DNA of 64,000 nt, taken from positions 256,001 to 320,000 of the forward strand of contig JBDRCO010000087.1 of NCBI GenBank assembly GCA_043821645.1. Reading direction: 5' to 3'. The notes beneath the pieces were generated by a model. It searched no databases, had not been told where the DNA came from, and saw only the letters and a program-made list of their open reading frames with translations. How positions within the stretch are numbered: the first letter of the stretch is position 1; the number at the start of each line of letters is the position of its first letter. Source of the DNA: Pseudomonadota bacterium. GTDB taxonomy: Bacteria; Myxococcota; JACRCW01; JAFGSX01. The position numbers and the translations under genes are program-made. Positions 14,049 to 23,253 of the stretch are shown piece by piece.

Positions 14049-15392
14049 ATGGCGCAGGCGGGCAAGGTGCTGGATCTGGCCAAATACCTCGAGGAGATCG
14101 AGGAGGTCTCGACCGTGCACGTGCGCGGCCGGGTCACCGAGGTCACCGGCCTGATCATCACCGCGGCCGTGCCCGGGGTGTTCCTGGGTGAGATGTGCTA
14201 CATCGAGAGCGCCCACTCGTCGATCCGGCTCAAGACCGAGGTGGTGGGGTTCAAGGACGAGGCTGTGTACCTGATGCCCCTGGGCGAGCCCCGGGGCATA
14301 GGCCCCGACTCCATCGTGGTGCCCACGGGCAAGCCCTTCAGCATCAAGTGCGGCTACGGTCTGCTGGGCCGGGTCATTGGCGGCACCGGCGAGCCCATCG
14401 ACGGCGGCACGCCCCTCGAGGACATCCCCGGCCTCGAGGACTGGGCGGTGGAGCGCTCGGCCCCGGATCCCTACACCCGCCAGCCCGTGGACCGCGTGAT
14501 CTCCTTCGGGGTGCGCGCCTGGGACGGCCTGCTCACCGTGGGCCGCGGCCAGCGCGTGGGCCTGTTCGCCGGTTCCGGCGTCGGCAAGTCGACGCTCATG
14601 GGGCAGATCGCCCGCCAGTGCTCGGCCGAGATCGTCGTCGTCAACCTGGTCGGCGAGCGTGGTCGCGAGGTGCTGGAGTTCATTCACGACTCCCTGGGCG
14701 AGGAGGGCCTGGCGCGCAGCGTGGTGGTGTGCGCGACCTCCAACGAGTCCAGCCTGGTGCGTCTCAAGTCCTGCTACGTCGCCACGGCGGTCGCCGAGTG
14801 GTTCCGGGATCAGGGCAAGGACGTGCTGTTCATGATGGACTCGTCGACGCGCTTTGCCCGCGCCCAGCGTGAGATCGGCCTGGCCCTGGGCGAGCCGCCC
14901 GCGCGCCAGGGCTTTCCGCCCAGCGTGTTCGCCTTGATCCCGCGGCTGATGGAGCGCACCGGCAACAACGACAAGGGCTCGGTCACCGCGCTGTACACCA
15001 TCCTGGTGCAGGGCGGCGACATGGAGGAGCCCATCGCCGACGAGGTGCGCGGTATTCTCGACGGTCACGTGATCCTCAACCGCGACCTCGGCGCGCGCAA
15101 CCATTGGCCGGCCATCGACATCCTGCCCAGCCTGTCCCGCGTCATGACCGGCATCGTGTCGCCGGAGCACAAGAAGGCCGCCAGCAAGCTGCGCGAGGTG
15201 CTGGCGTCCTACGAGAAGAACCGCGACCTGATCCTGCTCGGCGCCTACCAGTACGGCTCCGATCCCAAGGTGGACTACGCCATCGACAAGATCGAGGAGG
15301 TCGAGGAGTTCTTGAAGCAGGGCACCAAGGACCAGAACGACTTCGACGACACCGTGCAGCGCATGGTCGAGCTGTTCTCGGATGCCGAGTGA
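14049..15392 (+). CDS. sctN: Type III secretion ATPase (SctN/FliI)
   Basis: GQRVGLFAGSGVGKSTL, GERGREV, GEPP, DGHVIL, GAYQYGSDP motifs. Confidence 0.96.
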   Translation: MAQAGKVLDLAKYLEEIEEVSTVHVRGRVTEVTGLIITAAVPGVFLGEMCYIESAHSSIRLKTEVVGFKDEAVYLMPLGEPRGIGPDSIVVPTGKPFSIKCGYGLLGRVIGGTGEPIDGGTPLEDIPGLEDWAVERSAPDPYTRQPVDRVISFGVRAWDGLLTVGRGQRVGLFAGSGVGKSTLMGQIARQCSAEIVVVNLVGERGREVLEFIHDSLGEEGLARSVVVCATSNESSLVRLKSCYVATAVAEWFRDQGKDVLFMMDSSTRFARAQREIGLALGEPPARQGFPPSVFALIPRLMERTGNNDKGSVTALYTILVQGGDMEEPIADEVRGILDGHVILNRDLGARNHWPAIDILPSLSRVMTGIVSPEHKKAASKLREVLASYEKNRDLILLGAYQYGSDPKVDYAIDKIEEVEEFLKQGTKDQNDFDDTVQRMVELFSDAE

Positions 15393-15440
15393 CGACGAGG
15401 AACAAACGACGTTTGCCCCGCGGAGCAACCGCGAAGAGGC

Positions 15441-15519
15441 GTTCTTGACTGCGCTGCCGGGGGGGGAATGGCGACGGGTTCACTCTGTCGGTAGAAGGGG
15501 GCGGGCCGGCCGTCCCCTG
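15441..15519 (-). repeat. Copy of two-hairpin intergenic repeat (degenerate)
   Basis: Reverse complement reads ggggacggccggcccgccccc..cgacagaGTGAAcccgtcg..ccggcagcgcagtcaagaac. Confidence 0.65.
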
Positions 15520-15527
15520 GGAAAGAA

Positions 15528-16025
15528 ATGAAGCTCCCTGACTACCGCCTGCAGACTCTCTTCAACCTTCGCGAGAAGGCCAAGAAGGCGGCCGAGGATG
15601 CCTATGCCGAGGCCCAGAAGGAGATGGCCGCGGAGCAGGCGCGGCTCGACGAGATGAAGGCTGAGCTGGCCGCCAAGGTCGAGTTCCGCGAGGGCAAGCG
15701 CCACGAGTACGCCGAGAAGGCCAGCCGCGGCGAGATGAACGTGCACACCATGACCTCGAGCCAGCGCCACATCGAGCGGCTCAAGGAAGAAGAGGCGGCC
15801 TACGAGGTCGAGATCGACAAGCAGCGCGAGCGTCTGCACGAGGCCGAGAAGGTGGTGGAGAAGAAGCGCGAGGAGATGGTTGTCGCCAACCGCGACTTCA
15901 AGGCCCTGGAGAAGCACAAGGAAAAGTGGGCCAAGAAGACCAGGCGCGAGATCATGCTCAAGGAGGAGGATGCCGCCGAGGACATCGCCCAGGCCCAGTT
16001 CTTGGCGCGTCAGCGAGGTAATTGA
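15528..16025 (+). CDS. sctO: Type III stalk protein (SctO/FliJ-like coiled coil)
   Basis: YRLQTLFNLRE start, coiled coil, KALEKHKEKW; directly after the ATPase. Confidence 0.8.
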   Translation: MKLPDYRLQTLFNLREKAKKAAEDAYAEAQKEMAAEQARLDEMKAELAAKVEFREGKRHEYAEKASRGEMNVHTMTSSQRHIERLKEEEAAYEVEIDKQRERLHEAEKVVEKKREEMVVANRDFKALEKHKEKWAKKTRREIMLKEEDAAEDIAQAQFLARQRGN

Positions 16026-16142
16026 CGGGGTGCGTCATGGGGTGGGAGCGGCATCCGCAACAGGCGCTGCCGCGGGACCGATAACGGTCGGAGAGCGGTA
16101 AAGTATTGCACCGCGGTGGTCTGTCACCGACGAGGGGTCAGG

Positions 16143-17084
16143 ATGGAAAAGCTCAATGTCAGCAACAAGCAAGCGACCACCAATACGAACCAGGCCGACG
16201 AGGCCGCCAAGGCGCCAGCGAAGACAGACTTCGCGCAGCTGTTGCAGCAGAAGGCCGGCGAGAACGCGCAGCAGACAGCAGGCCAGCAGGCTACCAGCCA
16301 GGCACGGGGCCAGCTGCAGCAGCATGCAGGTCGCGCGGCCATGAACCAGAGCGCGCAAGGAGCTGCCATGAGTCAGGCCAACCAGCAGGCCGCTGCCAAC
16401 GCCATGCCGCGAACCATGAAACCCATGGTGCAGAACCCGCATCTGGCCAAGGTGCAGCAGGCGACCAAGCAGTTCGACCAGCAGCTGGCCCAGGCCAAGC
16501 AGAGCACCGTCGAGGGACAGAAGGTGATGGGCGACATCCGCAGCGAGGCCAAGGCCCAGGACCTGACCCGCTCGGCGGATCGCAGCACGGACACCACGCG
16601 CGCCGAGGTGCGCAGCGAGGTCAACCGTGGCGTCGGCAAGGAGATGGCCGTGGATTCCAAGGTCCGCGCCGAGGCTCAGCAGCAAGCCATGCGCAACCTG
16701 CAGGGCAACCGCACGGCGCTGCGCGATTCCGCGATCCATGGTGTCGGCAGCGTCGGCGAGTCGGGGCGCAACCAGGCAGCGGCCGAGGTCAAGGGCGCAC
16801 GCAAGCCGCAGGAGATCCCGCAGGAGATCCTGGACAAGCTGGTCGAGGAAGTGCGGGTGGGTGTCAACGAGAACGGTCAGAGCGAGTTCCAGATCGATCT
16901 CAAGGACGGCGTGCTGCAGGGCATGAGCCTCAAGGTCACGGCCGAGAATGGCAAGGTCAACTGCCAGTTCATCGGTGGTGATAACAGCGCCAAGAACTTC
17001 ATCGAGTCGAGCCAGGGTGCCCTGGCCCGCGCCCTCGAGGGCAAGGGGCTGAGCCTCGATCGCCTGAGCGTGGCCACAGCCTGA
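16143..17084 (+). CDS. FliK/SctP-like length-control protein
   Basis: Q/A-rich disordered N-terminus; C-terminal FliK-like domain (IDLKDGVLQGMSLKV..LARALEGKGL). Confidence 0.65.
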   Translation: MEKLNVSNKQATTNTNQADEAAKAPAKTDFAQLLQQKAGENAQQTAGQQATSQARGQLQQHAGRAAMNQSAQGAAMSQANQQAAANAMPRTMKPMVQNPHLAKVQQATKQFDQQLAQAKQSTVEGQKVMGDIRSEAKAQDLTRSADRSTDTTRAEVRSEVNRGVGKEMAVDSKVRAEAQQQAMRNLQGNRTALRDSAIHGVGSVGESGRNQAAAEVKGARKPQEIPQEILDKLVEEVRVGVNENGQSEFQIDLKDGVLQGMSLKVTAENGKVNCQFIGGDNSAKNFIESSQGALARALEGKGLSLDRLSVATA

Positions 17085-17155
17085 TCCGCGCGTCCCGGGA
17101 CGCTTCCCCCTAAAAAAATGCCTTCTGAAACCGCCTGGTTCCCGGCGGCCACCCA

Positions 17156-17184
17156 TTGACACTCCGGGGGGTGACCCATAGGCT
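17156..17184 (+). promoter_or_regulatory. sigma70-type promoter upstream of sctQ
   Basis: TTGACA-N17-TAGGCT. Confidence 0.7.
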
Positions 17185-17286
17185 TTGCGGCTCGCTGGCC
17201 GCGGTGTGCATACGGCCCGAAGCGGACGTGTGTCGTCGAGACGCAGACCGTGCCGGGCAGGCGCGCAGAGAAAAAGGCAAGGACCC

Positions 17287-18825
17287 ATGGCACGGGACAT
17301 CCGTCCCTTCAAGTTCGGCTCCCTCGAGCGCTGGACGCGGCCACAGCTGCGCGTGCTCGAGACTTTGCAGGCCTACCTGCCGGCGTCGCCCTTCACACCT
17401 GGTTTCAAGGACAAGCTGCGCGGTGTGCTACAGCCCTACCTCAACTGCGATCTCGACGTGTGGCTGGACGCCATGATGCCCAGCACCGGCGAGGCGATCC
17501 TGAAACAGCTGCCCAAGTCCACGCTGGTGGCGGTGCTCGGCATGCCCCCCGAGCCACACAAGATCCTGGTCGAGTTCGACGTGTCCCTGGCCACGATGTG
17601 TGTGGACCGGGTGCTCGGTGGCAAGGGCGAGGATGGTGCCGGGCAGACCCCTCTGACCGAGATCGAGCAAGGGGTGTTCGCCTTTCTGGTGCTCAAGGTG
17701 CTGCATCTGCTGCGCGGCGAGTGGGGAGACGAGGCGCGCACAGCGCTCAAGCTCGAGGCCTTTCGCTCCTCGGCAGATACCCTGGTCGACGACATCAAGC
17801 GGGACATGGGCTACTTCACGCTGGGCTTCAAGCTGTTCTTTGACCTCAGCGTGGGCTTCGCGCGCATGTCCCTGCCGGTGGAACTCATCGCCTCGCAGTT
17901 CAACTTCAACATGGACCCCGATGGCCCGGTGGCGCGTCGGCGTCGCGATCTCATGCGCGGGGCCTGGCACCGCCTGGACGGCGTGCGCGCGCCCCTGGTC
18001 ATCGAGGCCGGGCGCAGCGAGCTGGCACCCGACGACGTGGCCAACCTCGAGGTCGGAGACATCATCCTGATCGAGGAGACCGGCCTGACCCTCGACGGCG
18101 ACAACCTGAGCGGTTCGGTGCGGGCTCGCCTGGGCGCCGGCAGCCATGGCGTGGTCGAGGGCGAGGTGCAGACCGATGACAGCGGGCGGCTGCAGCTCTC
18201 GATCGCCGACATCGTGCAGGTGGGCGAACCAGATTCCGAGGACGACGACGAGACCGCACCGGGCGAGGACGACGACGACGACGACGACGAGGATGAGGAG
18301 AATGAGGTCCTTGGTCCGTCGAGGAGATCTGCCATGAGCACGCATCGCCGAGCCGAGAGCATCGCCCGCACCGTGGCCGCCCAGGGCCTGGACCCGTTCG
18401 CGCCCGAGGGTGATGAGGCCGTGAGCCTGGGGCCCGTTGGCGACGACGACGCCCTGGACGATCTGCGCGATGGCACCGAGCACGATGACGACGATGAGGA
18501 AGAATACGAAGACGACGAGGAGGAAGAAGAAGAGGAGGAGGAGGAGGAAGAAGAAGAAGAAGAGGAGGAGGGGGCGGAGCCTGACAACCTGCAAGGCACC
18601 GAGAATCTCCTGCATGACCTCTCTGTTCACCTGGTGGTCGAGCTGGGTCGCGTCAAGATGTCGGCCACGGACGTCGTCAACCTGCGCACCGGCATGGTGC
18701 TCGAGCTCAAGCGCACGCCACATGACCCCGTGGATCTGGTGGTGCAAAACCGCCTGATCGGCAAGGGCGAGCTGGTCGAGGTCGAGGGCTCGCTCGGCGT
18801 GCGGCTGATCAGCCTGGCGAAATGA
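17287..18825 (+). CDS. sctQ: Cytoplasmic ring protein SctQ (FliM-like N-terminus, two SpoA domains, acidic linker)
   Basis: IRPFKFGSLER, PLTEIEQG (FliM-like); LEVGDIILI; VELGRVKM..GKGELVEVEGSLGVRLI (FliN-like). Confidence 0.88.
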   Translation: MARDIRPFKFGSLERWTRPQLRVLETLQAYLPASPFTPGFKDKLRGVLQPYLNCDLDVWLDAMMPSTGEAILKQLPKSTLVAVLGMPPEPHKILVEFDVSLATMCVDRVLGGKGEDGAGQTPLTEIEQGVFAFLVLKVLHLLRGEWGDEARTALKLEAFRSSADTLVDDIKRDMGYFTLGFKLFFDLSVGFARMSLPVELIASQFNFNMDPDGPVARRRRDLMRGAWHRLDGVRAPLVIEAGRSELAPDDVANLEVGDIILIEETGLTLDGDNLSGSVRARLGAGSHGVVEGEVQTDDSGRLQLSIADIVQVGEPDSEDDDETAPGEDDDDDDDEDEENEVLGPSRRSAMSTHRRAESIARTVAAQGLDPFAPEGDEAVSLGPVGDDDALDDLRDGTEHDDDDEEEYEDDEEEEEEEEEEEEEEEEEEGAEPDNLQGTENLLHDLSVHLVVELGRVKMSATDVVNLRTGMVLELKRTPHDPVDLVVQNRLIGKGELVEVEGSLGVRLISLAK

Positions 18826-19466
18826 TGGAGCCTGTGCGCGCCAGGACGAGGTGCGGGCGCCCTGCTATCGCAGCGTGGTGTGCCCAAGGCATTCTTGTCG
18901 CCGGGATGCTGGCGCTGTGGCCGGGAGCAGCCCGCGCGGCCATGGCCGAACCGGTGGTCGCTGTGCCGAGGGATGCCGCCGCGGGCGAGGCTGCCGTGGC
19001 AGGGTCACAGCCGGCCCAGGAGCCTCCGTTCCTCGAGGGTCCCGCCGCGGCTCCAGCAACAGGCGAGGCCCCCGACGAGCGCGACGATCCCCGCGGCAGT
19101 ACCGTGACCGCGCTGGTGCGCATGGTGCTGGTGCTGGCAGGCATCATCCTGCTGGCCTACCTGATCCTGCACAAGGGTATGGGGAGCCTGAGCGCGAAGC
19201 TGGCCCAGGGCCGACTGGTGCACGTTGTGGACAGGGTCGGGCTCGAGCCCAAGAAGACCCTGTATGTGGTCGAGATCGCCGGGCGCTACTACCTGATCGG
19301 CACCAGCGACCACGGGGTGTCCTGCCTGGCGACCTTGAGTGGGGACGCGGATCGCAGTGGGTTCGAAAACCTGCTGCGCACGCACCGGGGCGCGGGTCCG
19401 GTCGCAGCAGCGACGGATTCGAAGGCAGACGCTGCGGTCGGGGGCGACGGAGGCCGTCATGGGTGA
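18822..19466 (+). CDS. fliO: FliO-family export chaperone
   Basis: TM then VVDRVGLEPKKTLYVVEIAGRYYLIGTSDHGVSCL; directly before fliP/sctR. Confidence 0.8.
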   Translation: MMEPVRARTRCGRPAIAAWCAQGILVAGMLALWPGAARAAMAEPVVAVPRDAAAGEAAVAGSQPAQEPPFLEGPAAAPATGEAPDERDDPRGSTVTALVRMVLVLAGIILLAYLILHKGMGSLSAKLAQGRLVHVVDRVGLEPKKTLYVVEIAGRYYLIGTSDHGVSCLATLSGDADRSGFENLLRTHRGAGPVAAATDSKADAAVGGDGGRHG

Positions 19467-20280
19467 ACGGAGACATTCCCGGTGGCAGCGAGGGTTGCGC
19501 TGGCAGGGTCTGCCGTGGCTGGTTGGCCTCGCCGGTGTGCTGCTGAGCAGCGAGGTGCTGGCCAAGGCCGCGGCCAAGGGTGTCGACGCCGTGGACCTGC
19601 TGGCGCGCGACTCGGTGGCCAACCGCCCGCTGATCCTGATGGTGGCGCTGTCCGCCATGGCCCTGGTGCCCTTCGTGGGCATGATGGTCACCTCCTTCGT
19701 CAAGATCGCGGTGGTGCTCTCGATCACGCGCCAGGCCATGGGCACCCAGCAGACGCCGCCGACCACCGTGATCACGGGTCTCTCGATCATCCTGACGGTG
19801 TACGTGATGATGCCGGTGGGGCAGGAGGTCTACCGCGTCACCGATGAATACCTGGCGCAGACCAATGCCACCATCCTGGATCCCAAGAACGTGGACCTGA
19901 TCCTGGGGGCCACCAACAAGGCCAAGGAGCCACTCAAGAAGTTCCTGAAGAAGCACGCCCACACCCTGGACCAGCAGATGTTCTACTCGGTGGCCTGGCG
20001 CATGCGCGACCCGGTGGATCGCGTCAACCTGGCGCGCGATGACCTGACGGTGCTGGTGCCGGCCTTCGTGATCAGCGAGCTCAAAGAGGCTTTTCAGATC
20101 GGCTTCATCATCTTCGTCCCCTTCCTGGTCATCGACATGGTGGTGGCCAATATTTTGATGGCCCTGGGCATGGCCATGCTGTCACCGACGACGATCTCGC
20201 TGCCGTTCAAGCTGCTGCTGTTTGTGCTGGTGGATGGCTGGTACCTGATCACCCGCGGTCTGGTGCTGGGTTACCTGTAG
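19459..20280 (+). CDS. sctR: Export gate subunit SctR/FliP
   Basis: TSFVKIAVVL, QQTPP, PAFVISELKEAFQIG, SLPFKLLLFVLVDGW. Confidence 0.96.
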   Translation: MGERRHSRWQRGLRWQGLPWLVGLAGVLLSSEVLAKAAAKGVDAVDLLARDSVANRPLILMVALSAMALVPFVGMMVTSFVKIAVVLSITRQAMGTQQTPPTTVITGLSIILTVYVMMPVGQEVYRVTDEYLAQTNATILDPKNVDLILGATNKAKEPLKKFLKKHAHTLDQQMFYSVAWRMRDPVDRVNLARDDLTVLVPAFVISELKEAFQIGFIIFVPFLVIDMVVANILMALGMAMLSPTTISLPFKLLLFVLVDGWYLITRGLVLGYL

Positions 20281-20298
20281 CGTCACCGGGAGGTCTCC

Positions 20299-20568
20299 AT
20301 GGTCCGGGAGTTCATCGTCCAGGCGACCAACGAGGCCGTGTTCCTAGTCATCGTGCTGTGCGGGCCCGCCCTGATCATCAGCATGGCGGTCGGTCTGGCC
20401 GTTGCCCTGTTCTCGGCGACGACGCAGATCCAGGAGCAGACCCTGAGTTTCGTGCCCAAGATGATCGCCGTGTTCGCGGTGCTGGCGGCCACCGGTTCCT
20501 GGATCGGAGCGACTCTATTTGGATTTGCCCAGCGCCTGCTCGGAGGCTTTGTCGACATCGTGCGCTGA
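20299..20568 (+). CDS. sctS: Export gate subunit SctS/FliQ
   Basis: ATTQIQEQTLSFVPK motif. Confidence 0.96.
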   Translation: MVREFIVQATNEAVFLVIVLCGPALIISMAVGLAVALFSATTQIQEQTLSFVPKMIAVFAVLAATGSWIGATLFGFAQRLLGGFVDIVR

Positions 20569-20586
20569 GCGGTCCCTGAAACGAAG

Positions 20587-21402
20587 ATGGAAGAACTCCT
20601 CAACCTGCTGCAGCAGCAAGTCGACTTCACCCGGGCCATCGTCGCCATGGCCCTGGTACTGGCGCGCTTGCTGGTCATCGTGCAGCTGACGCCCTTCCTC
20701 GGCGGCAAGAACGCCCCGCCCGAGGTCAAGATGGGCATCGCCATCGCCCTCAACGTGCTCATCTTTCCGATCGTGTACGGCAAGCTCGACGGGCCCATAC
20801 CGCTGGACGCGGTGAACTTCATCTTCATGATGCTCAAGGAGGTCTTCATCGGTCTGTTCATCGGCTTCATCGGCGCCGAACTTTTTTACGCGGTGGAGAT
20901 GGCGGGACAGTTCATGAACCTGCTCAACGGCACCAACATGGTCCAGATCCAGGTGCCCCAGTTGCAGGAGCGTTCGAGCGCCTTCGGCGACCTCAACTAC
21001 CAGTTGCTGCTGGTGATCTTCCTGGCCTTCAACGGCCACCACATCTTTCTCGACGTCATGTTCCAGAGTTTCGTGGACCTGCCCATCAACCGCTGGCCCG
21101 AGTTCTCGGCCGGCATGTGGCCGCTCATCGACCTCGCCATGCGCATCACCGGCGACCTGTTCTTGATCGCGGTGGGTGTGGCCGCACCCATCGGTATCGC
21201 CTGCCTGATCACGGATATCTCGTTTGGTCTGCTCAATCGCGTCGCGCCCCAGATCAACGCCTACTTCATGGCCATGCCGGCCAAGGCCATGGTCGGCGCC
21301 ATGATGTTCTTCGTGGCCCTGCCGATGATCCTTCAGGTCTACGAGGAGCACTCGATGAACATGCTGGGTCTTGTGCGAGGCGTTCTGATCCTGTTCCGGT
21401 GA
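20587..21402 (+). CDS. sctT: Export gate subunit SctT/FliR
   Basis: KEVFIG, AGQFM, GGH-like NGHH, GLLNRVAPQINAY motifs. Confidence 0.94.
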   Translation: MEELLNLLQQQVDFTRAIVAMALVLARLLVIVQLTPFLGGKNAPPEVKMGIAIALNVLIFPIVYGKLDGPIPLDAVNFIFMMLKEVFIGLFIGFIGAELFYAVEMAGQFMNLLNGTNMVQIQVPQLQERSSAFGDLNYQLLLVIFLAFNGHHIFLDVMFQSFVDLPINRWPEFSAGMWPLIDLAMRITGDLFLIAVGVAAPIGIACLITDISFGLLNRVAPQINAYFMAMPAKAMVGAMMFFVALPMILQVYEEHSMNMLGLVRGVLILFR

Positions 21403-21477
21403 GGGCCTGGCGGTGACACACCGCAGCGGCCGGGACGCGGGCTTGCTCGACGGGGCGGTAGAGGTTTTACTACAGAC

Positions 21478-23253
21478 ATGAGCGGCGTCACATCCACATT
21501 CAAGGTCGGCCTCGTCGTCACCATGGCGACCCTGGGCTGGCTCTTCTGGTTCTTCAACACCAGCAAGAATCAGCTCGGCGGTGCCGACACCATCGGCGTT
21601 CACGCCTACTTCAAGACCGCGGCCGGTCTGAGCGCCAAGAGCAAGGTCACCGCTGCAGGTCTCGATGTGGGGCAGATCGCGCTCATCAGCCTGGTCGATT
21701 TCGACCGCATCCCCGACGAGGTGGCACGCTGCGAGCAGGAAGATGCGCTGCGCCAGCAGGGTCTGTACACCCCGCCCAAGAAGGGCGAGCTGCGCGAGAC
21801 GGCCGGCTGTCGTCGCGGCCACTGGGCGCGGGTGGACATGCGGGTGAAGCAGAGCTTTGCCCTGCACAGCGACGCCAAGGTCGAGAAGACCACCGCCGGC
21901 CTCCTGGGCAGCAACATGCTCGAGCTGGCTCCAGGCGATCCGGTCAAGCCCGTACTGGCGGACGGCTCCGAGATCATCAACGTCAACTGGATGAGCGGCA
22001 TGGAGTCGCTGTTCAGCTCGGTGGGAGACCTCGAGGGCGACATCCAGAGCATCGTGCGCAACATCAATGGCATCACCGCCAGCATCAACCAGTTCATGGG
22101 CCCCGACCCGACCGGCGCCGCACCCATGCCCAGCTTTCCGACCCTGGTGGCGGAGTTGCAGGCGCAGCTCGAGCAGGTCACCGCCGACGTGGGCAAGACC
22201 GTGCGGCAAGTCAATGGCATCCTCGGCGACAATCGCCAGAACGTGAGCGAGGTGATCGCCAACCTGACCCGGGTCAGTGAGGAACTCAAGGCCATCGCGG
22301 ATGGCACGGGCGAGAGAGGCGCCGCCTTCAACACGGTGGTGGCCAACGTGGCCGACGTCTCCGAGCAGCTGCGCGGGGTGGTCTCGGAGCTGCGCTCCCT
22401 CATCGGCGCTGCCGAGGCTGCCGAGGCTGAGGGTGAAAGCGGCAGCGCCAGCGAGCAGCTGGCAGGAGCCCGCAAGCAGGCCACAGGGATCCGCGAGACC
22501 GTCGAGCGCCTCAACGAGTCCCTCGATGCCCTGTCCCGGGTCACCACGCGCATCGCCGACGGCGAGGGTACGGTGGGGCGCCTGCTCACCGACGACAAGC
22601 TGGCGCGGGACATCGAAGACGCGGTGGAGGGCGCGGGCGAGATCGTGGCCGGGATCAACCGCCTGGATACCCACGTGCAGGTGCTGGCCTGGTACAACTT
22701 CAACCAGGGCACGGCCCACGACGGGCTGAGCGTGCGATTGCAGCCGAGACCCGACAAGTACTACCTGGTCGAGCTGATGAACGATCCGCGGCGGGTGCCG
22801 CTGTACACCTGGACCACCACCACCACCAGCGATCCCCTGCACAGCCCCGGCGGCGGCACCACGACCTACCTGGAAGAAGTCGCGCAGATGACCGACGACT
22901 TCCGGCTGACCGCGATGTTCGCCAAGATGTGGGGGCCGCTCACCCTGCGCGTGGGCATCATCGAAAACTCCGGCGGCGTTGGCGCCAACCTGTGGTTCTG
23001 GGAGGACCGCATTCGCCTGCGCACGGACCTGTACCAGTTCGGGTACTTCGACAAGCTGCCACGTTGGCGCAGCTACTTCGAGCTCGAGCCCATCGAACAC
23101 GTGTTCGTGATCGCCGGCGTCGACGACGTGCTCAACGCCTGGGATCAGAACTTCGTGTACAACCCCAATGGCTGGGATTACTTCGCCGGGGCTGGCCTCG
23201 GCTTCACCGACGACGATCTCAAAAGCCTGCTCACCATCCTGCCCACGCCATGA
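21478..23253 (+). CDS. MCE/MlaD-family protein with long helical region and beta-rich C-terminus
   Basis: FKVG TM, AGL..SKV..GLDVG, GLLGSNMLELAPG, GEGTVGRLLTD motifs. Confidence 0.88.
   Translation: MSGVTSTFKVGLVVTMATLGWLFWFFNTSKNQLGGADTIGVHAYFKTAAGLSAKSKVTAAGLDVGQIALISLVDFDRIPDEVARCEQEDALRQQGLYTPPKKGELRETAGCRRGHWARVDMRVKQSFALHSDAKVEKTTAGLLGSNMLELAPGDPVKPVLADGSEIINVNWMSGMESLFSSVGDLEGDIQSIVRNINGITASINQFMGPDPTGAAPMPSFPTLVAELQAQLEQVTADVGKTVRQVNGILGDNRQNVSEVIANLTRVSEELKAIADGTGERGAAFNTVVANVADVSEQLRGVVSELRSLIGAAEAAEAEGESGSASEQLAGARKQATGIRETVERLNESLDALSRVTTRIADGEGTVGRLLTDDKLARDIEDAVEGAGEIVAGINRLDTHVQVLAWYNFNQGTAHDGLSVRLQPRPDKYYLVELMNDPRRVPLYTWTTTTTSDPLHSPGGGTTTYLEEVAQMTDDFRLTAMFAKMWGPLTLRVGIIENSGGVGANLWFWEDRIRLRTDLYQFGYFDKLPRWRSYFELEPIEHVFVIAGVDDVLNAWDQNFVYNPNGWDYFAGAGLGFTDDDLKSLLTILPTP

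Noticed and set aside
14049-21402. True flagellar operon
   Set aside because: Ring protein is an SctJ-type lipoprotein; no rod, hook, flagellin or stator genes in the window
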